Shown: positions 49,413 to 58,252 of the stretch, piece after piece | How the letters are laid out: each line of letters opens with the position of its first letter | How positions within the stretch are numbered: position 1 is the stretch's first letter | Translations under genes and position numbers: made by a program | Virus record (IMG/VR): IMGVR_UViG_3300017971_000185 | Coordinates: 124,001 to 188,000 of that record | Length of the DNA: 64,000 nucleotides | Reading direction: 5' to 3' (one strand) | The notes under the pieces: generated by a model | What the model was told of the DNA's origin: nothing | Seen by the model: the letters and a program-made list of their open reading frames with translations, nothing else | The model's database searches: none

Positions 49413-49713
49413 GGTTGCTCAGCCTACTGCCCAGGCTACTGCTTTGGCATCGTTGGCATCGAAGGACGGACGCATTGCTAGGATGGTGAGAAAGCTAGCT
49501 AGTGCGACTAAGTATGCGGCTTGGGATTCGTGCTACGAGCCGTTTCTCTATGACGCCCTGCAAGATCTCATGGAGGTTGCCGGATGCACGGAAGCAGCCA
49601 GCGCAGTGGACAGAATTAAGCAGCGATACAATGCCGTCTACGAGAAGGGCTATAGAGCTGGGATAAGAGCTACAAGGACGTTGACTCAAACTTATGATTG
49701 CGTAGACGAATAA
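49387..49713 (+). CDS. Hypothetical protein; paralog of the previous gene
   Basis: DSCYEPFLYDALQDLM...AASAVDR...YEKGYRAG; start uncertain (49363 or 49387). Confidence 0.55.
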   Translation: MMKESKTRKVAQPTAQATALASLASKDGRIARMVRKLASATKYAAWDSCYEPFLYDALQDLMEVAGCTEAASAVDRIKQRYNAVYEKGYRAGIRATRTLTQTYDCVDE

Positions 49714-49925
49714 GGAGTCCTTTCCTCACGGAGAAGCGTAGCGATCATCTCTTCCAGCTTCGCCAAATCCAGAGGATGTACATTTACCGGGGAAGGGACG
49801 CCTGAGCTAATCCACTCGCGGCGCTTCCACCGCTCGACCAAGCGAGCCGCCTCTTTCTCGTGCCAATCCACGCAACCAATGGAGCACGAAATATGGGCAG
49901 CGGCTAGTGGCGCCTCAGCCGCCAC
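49692..49925 (-). CDS. Hypothetical protein
   Basis: Fills the gap downstream of 49946..50284 on the same strand; GTG start uncertain. Confidence 0.4.
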   Translation of the reverse strand: MAAEAPLAAAHISCSIGCVDWHEKEAARLVERWKRREWISSGVPSPVNVHPLDLAKLEEMIATLLREERTPYSSTQS

Positions 49926-49945
49926 CTGATGTTCGCGAACCCCGC

Positions 49946-50284
49946 TCAGTCGGTGGTTTCGAGGCTTGGTCCCTCTTCCGAAGCCGTTTCGGAATTCTTG
50001 GGGACCACTAGCTTTCGGATAGCGTCGATGTCGGTCTCACCCGGAGGCGATTCCAGGCAGATCTGCCCGCCGCCTTCGCGGATAGCGCAGCAGATGTGAC
50101 GGGTGGTGGCCAGGCCAATGCGGTTCGGTCCGCGGTAGTCAAAGACGACTTTTCCTCTCTCCTGAGATTCACCAATGATGACTTGGTAACTGTAGAGAGT
50201 GTTGCCGTCTGTTCGCAGAGCACCTGTGCCACTACGACCTTTCTTTCCGCGAAGCCATGCCTGGATGACCTTGGGATTGCGCAT
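49946..50284 (-). CDS. Hypothetical protein
   Basis: AGGAG RBS; MRNPKVIQAWLRG...TDGNTLYSY. Confidence 0.65.
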   Translation of the reverse strand: MRNPKVIQAWLRGKKGRSGTGALRTDGNTLYSYQVIIGESQERGKVVFDYRGPNRIGLATTRHICCAIREGGGQICLESPPGETDIDAIRKLVVPKNSETASEEGPSLETTD

Positions 50285-50331
50285 TCTCTGTGACTCCTAC
50301 TTGTCCGCTGTCGTGTGCGTCCGACACTTCT

Positions 50332-50359
50332 CTCTACGCCTGTTCGCAGCGGCGTGAAC
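50332..50359 (-). promoter_or_regulatory. Variant ECF-like promoter
   Basis: Minus strand GTTCAC-N14-GCGTAGAG upstream of 50284. Confidence 0.5.
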
Positions 50360-50435
50360 ACGCAAGGAGACGCCATCTGAGCCCGTTTTCGTCGGACCCC
50401 CTATAGATGGGGCGGGGCAGATCTGCACGAGCGTG

Positions 50436-51032
50436 TCACGCGAGTAGGTCGCGCACACGGTCGAGGTCTGCGAGCGCGGTCTGCTCAGCACGACTGCCTG
50501 CGCCGCCTTGGTACAGGACGTAGGCAGGGTGGTAGATCGGCACCACAGGCACGGAGACGCCGGACTTCTCATCGACCCACTTGGCAGTCGTCATCTCACG
50601 CAGGGCCTTCATGGGCGCTCCTCGTTCGCCTGAGAGGAAGCCGCCAGCGAACCGGCCGAGAGCTACGAGCACTTTGGGCTGGATGACCGCGATCTGCACA
50701 CGGAGATAGGGCGTGCAGGCTTGGATCTCCCACTCCCAGGGATCACGGTTCTGGGGCGGTCTACATTTGAGGATGTTCGCGATGAACACGTCTTCGCGTT
50801 TGAGCCCGAGATGCAAGATCCATCGGTCGAGTAGCTGTCCCGCACGACCAACGAATGGACGCCCTAGCTCATCTTCTGTGCGGCCCGGCCCCTCGCCCAC
50901 GAACATGAGCTGGGCTTCGGGGCTGCCTTCACCGAACACGATCGTGTTGCGAGTCTTGCCTAGCTCGCAGCGCTGGCAGTCTCCGATCTTGCGTTGGTGT
51001 AGGTAGGCCAGCTTGGTTGCGGCGTCGTTCAT
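50436..51032 (-). CDS. udg: Uracil-DNA glycosylase family 4 (Fe-S type)
   Basis: CQRCEL, VGEGPG..ED..GRPFVGRAG, NILKCRPP.NRDP, C, YHPA. Confidence 0.93.
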   Translation of the reverse strand: MNDAATKLAYLHQRKIGDCQRCELGKTRNTIVFGEGSPEAQLMFVGEGPGRTEDELGRPFVGRAGQLLDRWILHLGLKREDVFIANILKCRPPQNRDPWEWEIQACTPYLRVQIAVIQPKVLVALGRFAGGFLSGERGAPMKALREMTTAKWVDEKSGVSVPVVPIYHPAYVLYQGGAGSRAEQTALADLDRVRDLLA

Positions 51033-51042
51033 CGCAGCAACT

Positions 51043-52158
51043 CTACCTGATTACCGGTCGCTCGTAACAGATGCGATGCAGTCGGTTCAACGCTTCTGGA
51101 TCTGTGTGGGTCCACGTCATCCGATTCCATCGTCCTGCCTGACCACCGAAGCAACGCTTGTACTCTTTCCACGTGGCGAAGGTGGTTTTGGTCATGTGAC
51201 CCACGCGAAGGATGTCCCAGAGCTTGGAGGGGTACTGGATGGGCGGATACCAGAGGAACCAAGTCGCGGCTGTGTGTCCGGCGAGCCCGTGGATCTTCTG
51301 TGACTGCTTTGTGGAGAAACTCGACACGAGATTCAAGTCGTCTAGTACGAGAGTCGTGTTCTCACAGGCGACTCTGGATTCGGGCCGCAGGTTGACAGCC
51401 TTGATCTCCCTGCCTTCGGGGTCTGTTCCGAGAACGAGGGGAGCGAGAGCGTTCGGAAGGCGGCCGATGGTCGTGAGGAGAATCTGTCCAGCTTCGGGCC
51501 ACACCCAATCCTTCTTGCGCTTTAGCTCGATGAGCGTGAGATCCTCGCGCAGAGTTTCGTGACCCTTTCTCCAGCCGGCGATCTCTCTTGGATCGGTCAC
51601 GAGGATCGTTCCGCGAGTCCCGTCCAAGGCGCACATGGTAGCTGGAATAATGTGGTCTGAGTTGGATGGGTTGACGATCGCTTGTGTTCGGATGGAGAGC
51701 CATCGCGCACAGTCGGCAATCGTTTCTCCGAGTTGCGCGTGGAGGGCTCGCTTCTCTGCTGCCAGGGCGATCTCCGAAGTGGTGTCGTTCCAAAGCTCCG
51801 ACTCGATCTCAAGGCCAAGCTCTTGAGCACCTTCGATCAGCCGTTTTCGATCTTGAGGTTCCATGGAAACGGACCAGCGTTTAGACTTCGCATCCCACCA
51901 CGCTCCAGGGAGCGCTCGCAGTTTGACGAGCGCCTCTTCATCGTAGGGATGGATGACGTAGCCACTCTTGGTCAGAAGTTTCTTGTCGAGGTTCTGACCC
52001 TCGCGTTGAAGATGATCAGGAGCGCATTCGGGGTGGTAGACGATCCACTGCCCCATGTCGTGGAGTCGATCGCTTTGAACGACCCAGCCTTCTTGGGGCG
52101 CGACCATCTTGGCGCACTTAGCGCATTCCTGTGCCCATCGATTCGATCGTAGAGACAT
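51043..52158 (-). CDS. HARP-like domain plus degenerate SNF2-like N-terminal lobe
   Basis: CAKC..YHPEC; LRALPGAWWDAKSKRWSV (HARP-like); SF2-like spacing without GKT or DExx. Confidence 0.45.
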   Translation of the reverse strand: MSLRSNRWAQECAKCAKMVAPQEGWVVQSDRLHDMGQWIVYHPECAPDHLQREGQNLDKKLLTKSGYVIHPYDEEALVKLRALPGAWWDAKSKRWSVSMEPQDRKRLIEGAQELGLEIESELWNDTTSEIALAAEKRALHAQLGETIADCARWLSIRTQAIVNPSNSDHIIPATMCALDGTRGTILVTDPREIAGWRKGHETLREDLTLIELKRKKDWVWPEAGQILLTTIGRLPNALAPLVLGTDPEGREIKAVNLRPESRVACENTTLVLDDLNLVSSFSTKQSQKIHGLAGHTAATWFLWYPPIQYPSKLWDILRVGHMTKTTFATWKEYKRCFGGQAGRWNRMTWTHTDPEALNRLHRICYERPVIR

Positions 52159-52168
52159 CTCTACGGAT

Positions 52169-52197
52169 ATCTACGCGAGATCACTTGAAAAGTATAA
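52169..52197 (-). promoter_or_regulatory. ECF-like promoter, leftward member of a divergent pair
   Basis: Minus strand TTATAC-N15-GCGTAGAT. Confidence 0.6.
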
Positions 52198-52198
52198 A

Positions 52199-52227
52199 GT
52201 AAACTTCCGGGAAAAATCCGCGTAGAA
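52199..52227 (+). promoter_or_regulatory. ECF-like promoter, rightward member of a divergent pair
   Basis: GTAAAC-N15-GCGTAGAA, 3 nt before ATG 52231. Confidence 0.8.
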
Positions 52228-52230
52228 GGG

Positions 52231-52588
52231 ATGAGCAGGGACCTGATGTCTGACTCACGAACCATCACGGAGATCTTCCAAGAAGTCAGCAGTGCCGCGG
52301 AGACGTTTCTCGCGGTGGTCGAGCGCGCGACCAAGGAGAGCTACGATCTGTACGGCCAAGCTGATGATGACGTGAGAGCCTATACGGATGCCCACGGCGA
52401 CATCGAGGACGGCGACGCAGAGGGCGTCGATCTCATGTGGAGGCTTGAAGGCTCTGCATGGTCTTGCTTCGGAGCTAGAGAAGCAGGCACGGCATTCCAT
52501 GCGGTTGGATGACACTCTGACCATCGAGAATTCCCAGAAGGCTGACGCGATCAAGGCTGTGAAGCATGACATACTGAGGACCCCATGA
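52231..52588 (+). pseudogene. Hypothetical protein frameshifted at about 52423
   Basis: Removing one G from GGG at 52422-52424 joins ...DGDAE to ASISCGGLKALHGLASELEKQ...RTP*, whose stop overlaps the next start. Confidence 0.45.
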
Positions 52589-52896
52589 CAGTCGAGCGAG
52601 ATATCGATGTGATTGTTGCTGGCCTTCCACTGCCTCCGGGCCGAAACCCAGAGCACGACCTTGCGCAGCTTGCCCGAGCCTTTCTGAGGAAGGCACAGAA
52701 CGGTGAGCCGTGGATTGCCAACGGAGGCGCCACGTTTTCCAACGACATGGGAGCAACCAACGAAGCCTATGTGAATGCTCTTTGGGAGGCGCTTCCTGAT
52801 TTTGTGGAGTGGGCTTTGGATGCAGCAGCTCAATATCGGACGATACAGCTTTGTGCTCCAGAGATGTGGGGGGAAGCGACGGAGAAACAGACATGA
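52585..52896 (+). CDS. Hypothetical protein
   Basis: GAGGA RBS; ATGA overlaps. Confidence 0.6.
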   Translation: MTVERDIDVIVAGLPLPPGRNPEHDLAQLARAFLRKAQNGEPWIANGGATFSNDMGATNEAYVNALWEALPDFVEWALDAAAQYRTIQLCAPEMWGEATEKQT

Positions 52897-53345
52897 CGAC
52901 TACTGCATTCGACTCTGATACGGAGATGTGGGACGAGCTTAGAGCCGACATGGCTGCGGCTGACGCTCAGGTTGGGCCAGATGCGGTCCAGTACAAACCT
53001 GGAGTCTACTTCGTTCGTTTCGTCCCCGAATACTCTCTGCTTCTCTACGGGCAGATTCTCGATTCAGTCGAGCACCTACGGGCGAACGGTGGTGATGAGG
53101 AAGACCTGGAGTACGAGAGGGAAGTGCGTTCGGATCCCGCCATGCGGCACTATCGGTTCACGAAGATGTACTCGGTCCATAACCCAGACGGATTGCTTGG
53201 TGATCAACACGTCTCGACGCTGACCAGTGTATTGACTCCAGAGGAATTTGAGCGAGCGAAGCGTCTGGGTTGGCCAACGAGTCCGCTGGAGTTTTTCAAC
53301 AAGGTCTTGAGGGTTCGCATCCCCGCGGAAATCGGTCAAGCGTGA
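52893..53345 (+). CDS. Hypothetical protein
   Basis: GGAG RBS; ATG 52893. Confidence 0.6.
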   Translation: MTTTAFDSDTEMWDELRADMAAADAQVGPDAVQYKPGVYFVRFVPEYSLLLYGQILDSVEHLRANGGDEEDLEYEREVRSDPAMRHYRFTKMYSVHNPDGLLGDQHVSTLTSVLTPEEFERAKRLGWPTSPLEFFNKVLRVRIPAEIGQA

Positions 53346-53587
53346 AGCCGATCGCAGAGGAAGATCTCGACGCGATCGAGAAGACCATGACCGGTCGCAT
53401 GAGATGGGCGTTGCTCAAGGCGGCCGATGGAGAGGAGTTGTGGGGATTGATCCATTCCGGGTACGCGCTGGAGCGGCGCAAGCTGGCTGAGTACGTTCAC
53501 CGGGAAGGCAAGTACAACCTCTGGAAACCAACAGATCTTGGGTGGAGGATGGTGGAGAGGCTGAGACGAAAGCGAGCCGGTCGCTAG
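53342..53587 (+). CDS. Hypothetical protein (possible wHTH)
   Basis: GTGA overlap; ALERRKL..Y......WKPTDLG. Confidence 0.5.
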   Translation: MKPIAEEDLDAIEKTMTGRMRWALLKAADGEELWGLIHSGYALERRKLAEYVHREGKYNLWKPTDLGWRMVERLRRKRAGR

Positions 53588-53621
53588 CCTATACTTTTTG
53601 CACGTGCAGGAGGCCCTCCTT

Positions 53622-53858
53622 ATGGTCGCACGCGCAACGAATTCTGAGTACTATCCATCCCCGCCCGGAAAGGTTCTCGCGAGGGTGGGTTTGTACCGCA
53701 ATGTCGCTGTCTACGCGATGATCAACGCGGCCAGCAGCAGAGCGAACGCCAAGCGGCGCAACATGAGCACCGCTCCCTTCGGTCGCACAGGCACCGAGTT
53801 GACAGGGTACACAGGCACGCTCTCTGGCCCTGGCATCGTGCCCACGGTCATGGGCTAG
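53622..53858 (+). CDS. Small hypothetical protein
   Basis: AGGAGG RBS (inside a short hairpin 53608-53620) after CCTATAC; followed by a terminator. Confidence 0.6.
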   Translation: MVARATNSEYYPSPPGKVLARVGLYRNVAVYAMINAASSRANAKRRNMSTAPFGRTGTELTGYTGTLSGPGIVPTVMG

Positions 53859-53899
53859 CTCAGATTCCGAGGCCAGACTTCTGGTCCCGCTAGAGTTGC

Positions 53900-53934
53900 G
53901 CGTCGCGCGGTTATTCATCGCGCGACGCTTTTTT
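53900..53934 (+). terminator. Rho-independent terminator
   Basis: GCGTCGCGCG-N9-CGCGCGACGC perfect 10-bp stem followed by TTTTTT. Confidence 0.9.
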
Positions 53935-54070
53935 GTGCCCTGATCGGTAAGTGGCGGCGGCGGTGGGTATTCTGAAAGTAGAAAAAGCCGCCATGTTGGG
54001 GAATTTTTGTGCCGAGCGAAGAATCTCAAACTTCCTTTTGGGAAGTTTTGCGGCTTGGACCGGAGGTTAG

Positions 54071-54832
54071 ATGGCTAAAACGGCGCCGAAGAATTTTCGT
54101 ACCGCCTTGGACGAGAAACTTGCGCGCGAGTTGCTGAATGTGGCTCCTCGGCCGTCTGCGGTACCCACCGACACGCCAGACGGTCCTTCTCCTGATCCAT
54201 CCGATTCAGTCCCACGGGAGATTCTTCCCTTGGGAGAGCGTCTCCGGTGGGCTGTCGAGCACCTGGCCTCTGTCGTGAAGGAAGCCAATGCTCACCTGGA
54301 GGACAGTGAGCTTAGTCGGCATCTGGCCGAGGCTCTTTGTGCTCGCAAGAGCCGGCGAGGGTTTCCTTACATCCATGTGGATGACGCCGGACAGGTCATG
54401 CTGGAGGTTTCCTACGACGGAAAGCAACAGGTTCGGAGCAGCAAGAAGAAACGCAAATACAAGCGTGAGCTACCTTTGCTTGAGGATTTGCGCAAGGAGG
54501 CTGGGCAGCTTGGGATCTCGGTTTCCCATCTAGGCCAGAAGCGGCGAGCAATCTACGACTACCTGCAAGAGATCAAGTCCAGGCACGCTTCGAAGCCTTC
54601 TGAAGAGGAAACCGAGGCGCAGATGGCGGCAGGGCACGATGAGGTAACGGTCACAGAGCCCAAGGACGGCCCCAAGCCACCGAAGAAGAGACGCCAGATC
54701 AAGCTCGTGACGCCCGGAACGCAGCCGGCGGAGCCCAAGGAGCCGGAAGCGAAACCGTCGCCGAACCTCACAAGGCTCTTGGAGCAGGGTGCCGATCTGG
54801 ACATCGAGGATATCCTCAGCGACGAGACGTAG
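54071..54832 (+). CDS. Hypothetical basic/Pro-rich protein
   Basis: GGAGG RBS; 253 aa. Confidence 0.65.
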   Translation: MAKTAPKNFRTALDEKLARELLNVAPRPSAVPTDTPDGPSPDPSDSVPREILPLGERLRWAVEHLASVVKEANAHLEDSELSRHLAEALCARKSRRGFPYIHVDDAGQVMLEVSYDGKQQVRSSKKKRKYKRELPLLEDLRKEAGQLGISVSHLGQKRRAIYDYLQEIKSRHASKPSEEETEAQMAAGHDEVTVTEPKDGPKPPKKRRQIKLVTPGTQPAEPKEPEAKPSPNLTRLLEQGADLDIEDILSDET

Positions 54833-54886
54833 CACTGGCGCGGTTGGCGCTGGTGCTCTGTCTATAGAGGCAACGTAGGTAGGCCG

Positions 54887-55273
54887 ATGGCATCGCACCC
54901 AGATCTGGGAGAGCGCATCTTTCCTCCGTTGGATTCGGAGAATTTCTGGATCAACAACAACGGTGTGAACACGCTCAAAGGCGTCCCAGACGATCCAGAC
55001 AACCTTCCTCGTTTGCCGGACAAGTACATCGTTGATGCGTTCTCTCGGACGCAGCAAGCCCACGATGACTATCAGAAGTTGAAGCCTTCTCTCTTGCCAG
55101 AGGAGCAAGAGCGGATAGAGGCCCTTCTAACTGAGAATCCGTTGCTGACGGAAGTGATCCCTGCCGTGGGTGAGGGAGACGCGGTGCAGTCCCGATTCAA
55201 TCAGATTCCCGTGTACCAGGCGGGTCGGTTTCGTGGCGCAGGCTATCGGCACAACAGGTTGAAGAACACCTGA
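54887..55273 (+). CDS. Hypothetical protein
   Basis: 128 aa after TCTATAG. Confidence 0.6.
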   Translation: MASHPDLGERIFPPLDSENFWINNNGVNTLKGVPDDPDNLPRLPDKYIVDAFSRTQQAHDDYQKLKPSLLPEEQERIEALLTENPLLTEVIPAVGEGDAVQSRFNQIPVYQAGRFRGAGYRHNRLKNT

Positions 55274-55282
55274 GGAGGAACG

Positions 55283-55584
55283 ATGGCTGCATCCCCGAAC
55301 GACAACCGGCTCTCCAGAGCAAGAAATTCATCGGCTTCCTGTTGGTCGAGGTTGGGTTCTTCGTGCTCATGGGCATGATGGTCTACCTTCAGGAGATCGA
55401 CACGCTGGCCGAGAATACAGCGTTCATTACGGTAGCCATCTGTGCGTCGTTCTTGGCAGTGGGTTTCATTCTCGGGCAGGCCAGTCTGGATCGGTTCGTT
55501 CGTGTTGCAGAGATCACCACGGGTCGTAAGGCTCCGGCTTCGCCTGCGCCCGACCCCGAGCCTGAAGATGACGAGGAAGCATGA
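55283..55584 (+). pseudogene. Two-TM membrane protein (holin-like), frameshifted at about 55305
   Basis: GAGGAGG RBS plus ATG 55283 reads MAASPND. Adding one base after AA at 55304-55305 gives KPALQSKKFIGFLLVEVGFF... in the frame of track ORF 55342..55584. Confidence 0.5.
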
Positions 55585-56033
55585 TCAACGAACGTCAGTT
55601 AGTCGAGCAGATCCGTAAGCTCCGTAAGCCCGCGACACGGGACGCTGGGCTTGCCTCTCTTCTCGATATGTTGGCAGACATCATGGCTCGGAGTGGGTGG
55701 CGTTCGCAGGCTGAGAGGGTTCGCCGCATCGGACAAGACATTCACGACGTAGCTGGCTTCGAGGAGCAAGACATCTCTGGCCTGGGCCATGGTTCTAGGC
55801 CGAAGCCAAGAGTCGGGAGTGTAGCCAATCAATTCTTGCAGCGAGAGGCTGGCGAAGGCGATCTTTCCAAGACTGTGCCCGCCGCCCTCAAGTGGATTGA
55901 TCGGCTGCAAAGGCATGCCCAGAAAGCCAAGCGTGAGTTGGCGCGTGGCGAGCCTGGCAGAGAGATGAATTGGTTTGTGGGCTTTCTGAAGGGTTATCGC
56001 GATACGGAGTGGTACGACCACTTCTTTGGATGA
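55581..56033 (+). CDS. Hypothetical protein carrying the VAxxFLxxxA motif
   Basis: GSVANQFLQREA; ATGA overlap. Confidence 0.6.
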   Translation: MINERQLVEQIRKLRKPATRDAGLASLLDMLADIMARSGWRSQAERVRRIGQDIHDVAGFEEQDISGLGHGSRPKPRVGSVANQFLQREAGEGDLSKTVPAALKWIDRLQRHAQKAKRELARGEPGREMNWFVGFLKGYRDTEWYDHFFG

Positions 56034-56045
56034 GAAGGAGATGCG

Positions 56046-56483
56046 ATGAAGAAGCTGTTTGTGCTGTTGGCAATCGCGGTCGCTCTGCCCGCGTGCAAGA
56101 AACCGATTGCGTCGATTCGCAATCCCGATGTGTACGCGAACGAGATCGACTTCAACAACATGGTGCAGGACCAAGCGGTTGCGCACCTACGCTACTGGAT
56201 CGAGGTCAACTGCTCCTGCAACGATGTGCCCGAATGGACTGGCGATCACGCTGAGCAGTGTGAGAAGACGGCCAAGCACATCGCCGTGGTCGAGGCCCGG
56301 CAGGAATATCACTCGCATCTCATGGAATTTAACGGGTCGCTACGGGAGGACAGGCCCCCAAAGGAGCCCCCAGAGGTCCCAGAAAGCACCACATTGTGTC
56401 CTGAGAAGGTTGCGCCCGAGCCTGAAAAAGAGCCTGAGAAGCCCACTGAGGAGACTCCAGAGGGCTCGGAAGGAGGTAGCTGA
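56046..56483 (+). CDS. Lipoprotein
   Basis: MKKLFVLLAIAVALPAC signal with lipobox Cys; AAGGAG RBS; Pro/Glu-rich tail. Confidence 0.75.
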   Translation: MKKLFVLLAIAVALPACKKPIASIRNPDVYANEIDFNNMVQDQAVAHLRYWIEVNCSCNDVPEWTGDHAEQCEKTAKHIAVVEARQEYHSHLMEFNGSLREDRPPKEPPEVPESTTLCPEKVAPEPEKEPEKPTEETPEGSEGGS

Positions 56484-56878
56484 TGTCAGTCGAAAAGTAC
56501 GCCAAGAAGCTGGCCGGGATGCTTCCAGCCCTGGGAGACAAGGGCGTGGAGGCGGTGGCCGCGGAGCTAGACAAACAAGCCGAGAATGCTGACGAGTCGT
56601 GGAAGAAATCGCTGCTCAATCTGGCGGCGGATTCTCTCGATCAGCATGGTCCCGAGGGCGTGAGGATGGCGTCAAAGGCCATCGAGGATCTGTTCGCCCA
56701 TAAGCAGGCGGGAACCAAACTTTCGGATCTCACGGATGACTTGGAAACCGCGAGCAACTTGCTTGCCGCGCTTCAGAACGCGGAGGCTGATCGCAAGACG
56801 GCGGCTCGGAGTTTTCTCAAAGCGCTCGGGCAAACGCTCGGGCAGATTACCAAGGGGTTCATCAAGGGCCTGTTGTAA
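56483..56878 (+). CDS. Hypothetical helical protein
   Basis: TGATG overlap; amphipathic helices. Confidence 0.65.
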   Translation: MSVEKYAKKLAGMLPALGDKGVEAVAAELDKQAENADESWKKSLLNLAADSLDQHGPEGVRMASKAIEDLFAHKQAGTKLSDLTDDLETASNLLAALQNAEADRKTAARSFLKALGQTLGQITKGFIKGLL

Positions 56879-56890
56879 GGAGGAAAGACG

Positions 56891-57256
56891 ATGGCAAGCA
56901 CCTTCCGTCCGCCCATGTATCGGGCCAAGAAGGGGAGGAAACTTCCCAAGTCGGCATACGAGGAACAGCCGGAGACCACAGTCGAAAAGCCAGCCGAGAA
57001 GCCAGCCGAGAAGCCAGCCGAGAAAAGCGCAAAGAAGCCTGGGGCGAAGGCTGAGAAGAAACCAGCCAAAAAGCCAGCCGAGAAGGCAGACAAGCCCAAG
57101 GCCAAGCGAAAGGTCAAGTGGGCGGCTGACTACACCAAGGAAGATCTCTACTGGATCGCCAAGAAGCTGGAGATTGACAAGATCAAGTCCCGCACTCCCA
57201 AGAGCGAGATGATCAAGATCCTTCGACGGCATCCGGGCGCAGAAGAGAAGAAGTAG
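56891..57256 (+). CDS. Lys/Ala/Pro-rich protein with C-terminal Rho-N/HeH-like motif
   Basis: (KPAE)n repeats, including a perfect 3x12-nt repeat at 56987-57022; YTKEDLYWIAKKLEI...KSEMIKIL. Confidence 0.65.
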   Translation: MASTFRPPMYRAKKGRKLPKSAYEEQPETTVEKPAEKPAEKPAEKSAKKPGAKAEKKPAKKPAEKADKPKAKRKVKWAADYTKEDLYWIAKKLEIDKIKSRTPKSEMIKILRRHPGAEEKK

Positions 57257-57266
57257 CGTTTGTGCT

Positions 57267-57695
57267 GTGCGCTCGCGGCTGACGGTAGCGAAGTACTTTC
57301 CTGATCGGCTGTACGGGTTTCTTCGCCAGGCCGATGGGTCTGAGGCGTTTTTCCATCTAGGGGACTTCAGTGTCGGAGCCGTGGACGAGCCTCCGCCGGT
57401 AATAGGGGAGGAAGTCGAGGCGGAGATAGAAGCTCGTGACGGCGAACGAGCCCCCAAGGCTGTGAAAGTCTCCAGGTTGCTCCCTCCAAAGCTGATTCAG
57501 GGCAAGGTGGACACCTTCAGTGAGCAAAAGGGGTGGGGTTTTGCCCTGTCAAACGAAGGCAAGTCCTACTACCTCCATCGCAGCGAAGTGCTGGGGGGGA
57601 AGCTTCCGATGGCGGGACAGCGGGTACGGTTCTATGGAGGGTTCAAGAACGGTCGCCTGCGGGCCTGCTACGTCACGATCGAGGACAGACGATGA
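57267..57695 (+). CDS. Tandem cold-shock-domain (OB-fold) protein
   Basis: YFPDRLYGFL..EAFFH and FSEQKGWGFA..YYLH (RNP1/RNP2 pairs), each followed by P..G..V. Confidence 0.85.
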   Translation: MRSRLTVAKYFPDRLYGFLRQADGSEAFFHLGDFSVGAVDEPPPVIGEEVEAEIEARDGERAPKAVKVSRLLPPKLIQGKVDTFSEQKGWGFALSNEGKSYYLHRSEVLGGKLPMAGQRVRFYGGFKNGRLRACYVTIEDRR

Positions 57696-58252
57696 GCGAC
57701 GATACCAACATCTTCGGAGGCAAGAACAAGAACGCTCTTTACACGCCGCTCAGCGAGGATGAGCAAGAAGTCCTTGAACGGTTGGCTACTGCGGGGTTTT
57801 ACAAGATCGTTGTCAAGGATTGGGGCTACATCGACAGGCCGAAGGTACGGTACGGAGATGCCCGGCTCGAATTCACGTGGAAGCTGCGGTTCGCGAAACC
57901 GGAACCGCCCGGTGTGCCTCTCCACTACCTCGATCTGGAGCTTTGGACCCACTCCGGCATCTTCTTGCTCGCGAATCGCCTGACGACGCAGATCAACGGA
58001 CAGCCGATGATTGCTGCTCGGGGCCTGGAGTACGACCTTGTCTGGGATATTCAACTTAAGCAGATCGATCCCGAGATCGTGAAGGCGATCAAGCCGGGGG
58101 CGGTAGGGCTCACGAGTCGATTGGGGAACATGCGTCTTTCGCAGGCTCAGAAGCAGCAACTTCACAATCTGCGCACGGGAGAGGCCAAGGTTCGGCAGAT
58201 GGATGCAGTTGCAGCCGCCGCAGCGGCCAGGAAAGCCTCTGAAGGGCGGTAA
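57692..58252 (+). CDS. Hypothetical protein
   Basis: GAGGA RBS; ATG 57692. Confidence 0.65.
   Translation: MSDDTNIFGGKNKNALYTPLSEDEQEVLERLATAGFYKIVVKDWGYIDRPKVRYGDARLEFTWKLRFAKPEPPGVPLHYLDLELWTHSGIFLLANRLTTQINGQPMIAARGLEYDLVWDIQLKQIDPEIVKAIKPGAVGLTSRLGNMRLSQAQKQQLHNLRTGEAKVRQMDAVAAAAAARKASEGR

Noticed and set aside
53608-53620. AGGAG-GCC-CTCCT RBS-occluding hairpin as a T4-style late switch
   Set aside because: Only 5 bp, and both arms lie downstream of the candidate promoter, so promoter choice would not relieve it.
53852-53900. GGGCTAGCTCAG resembling a tRNA 5' end
   Set aside because: No TpsiC arm, anticodon arm or acceptor-stem complement.
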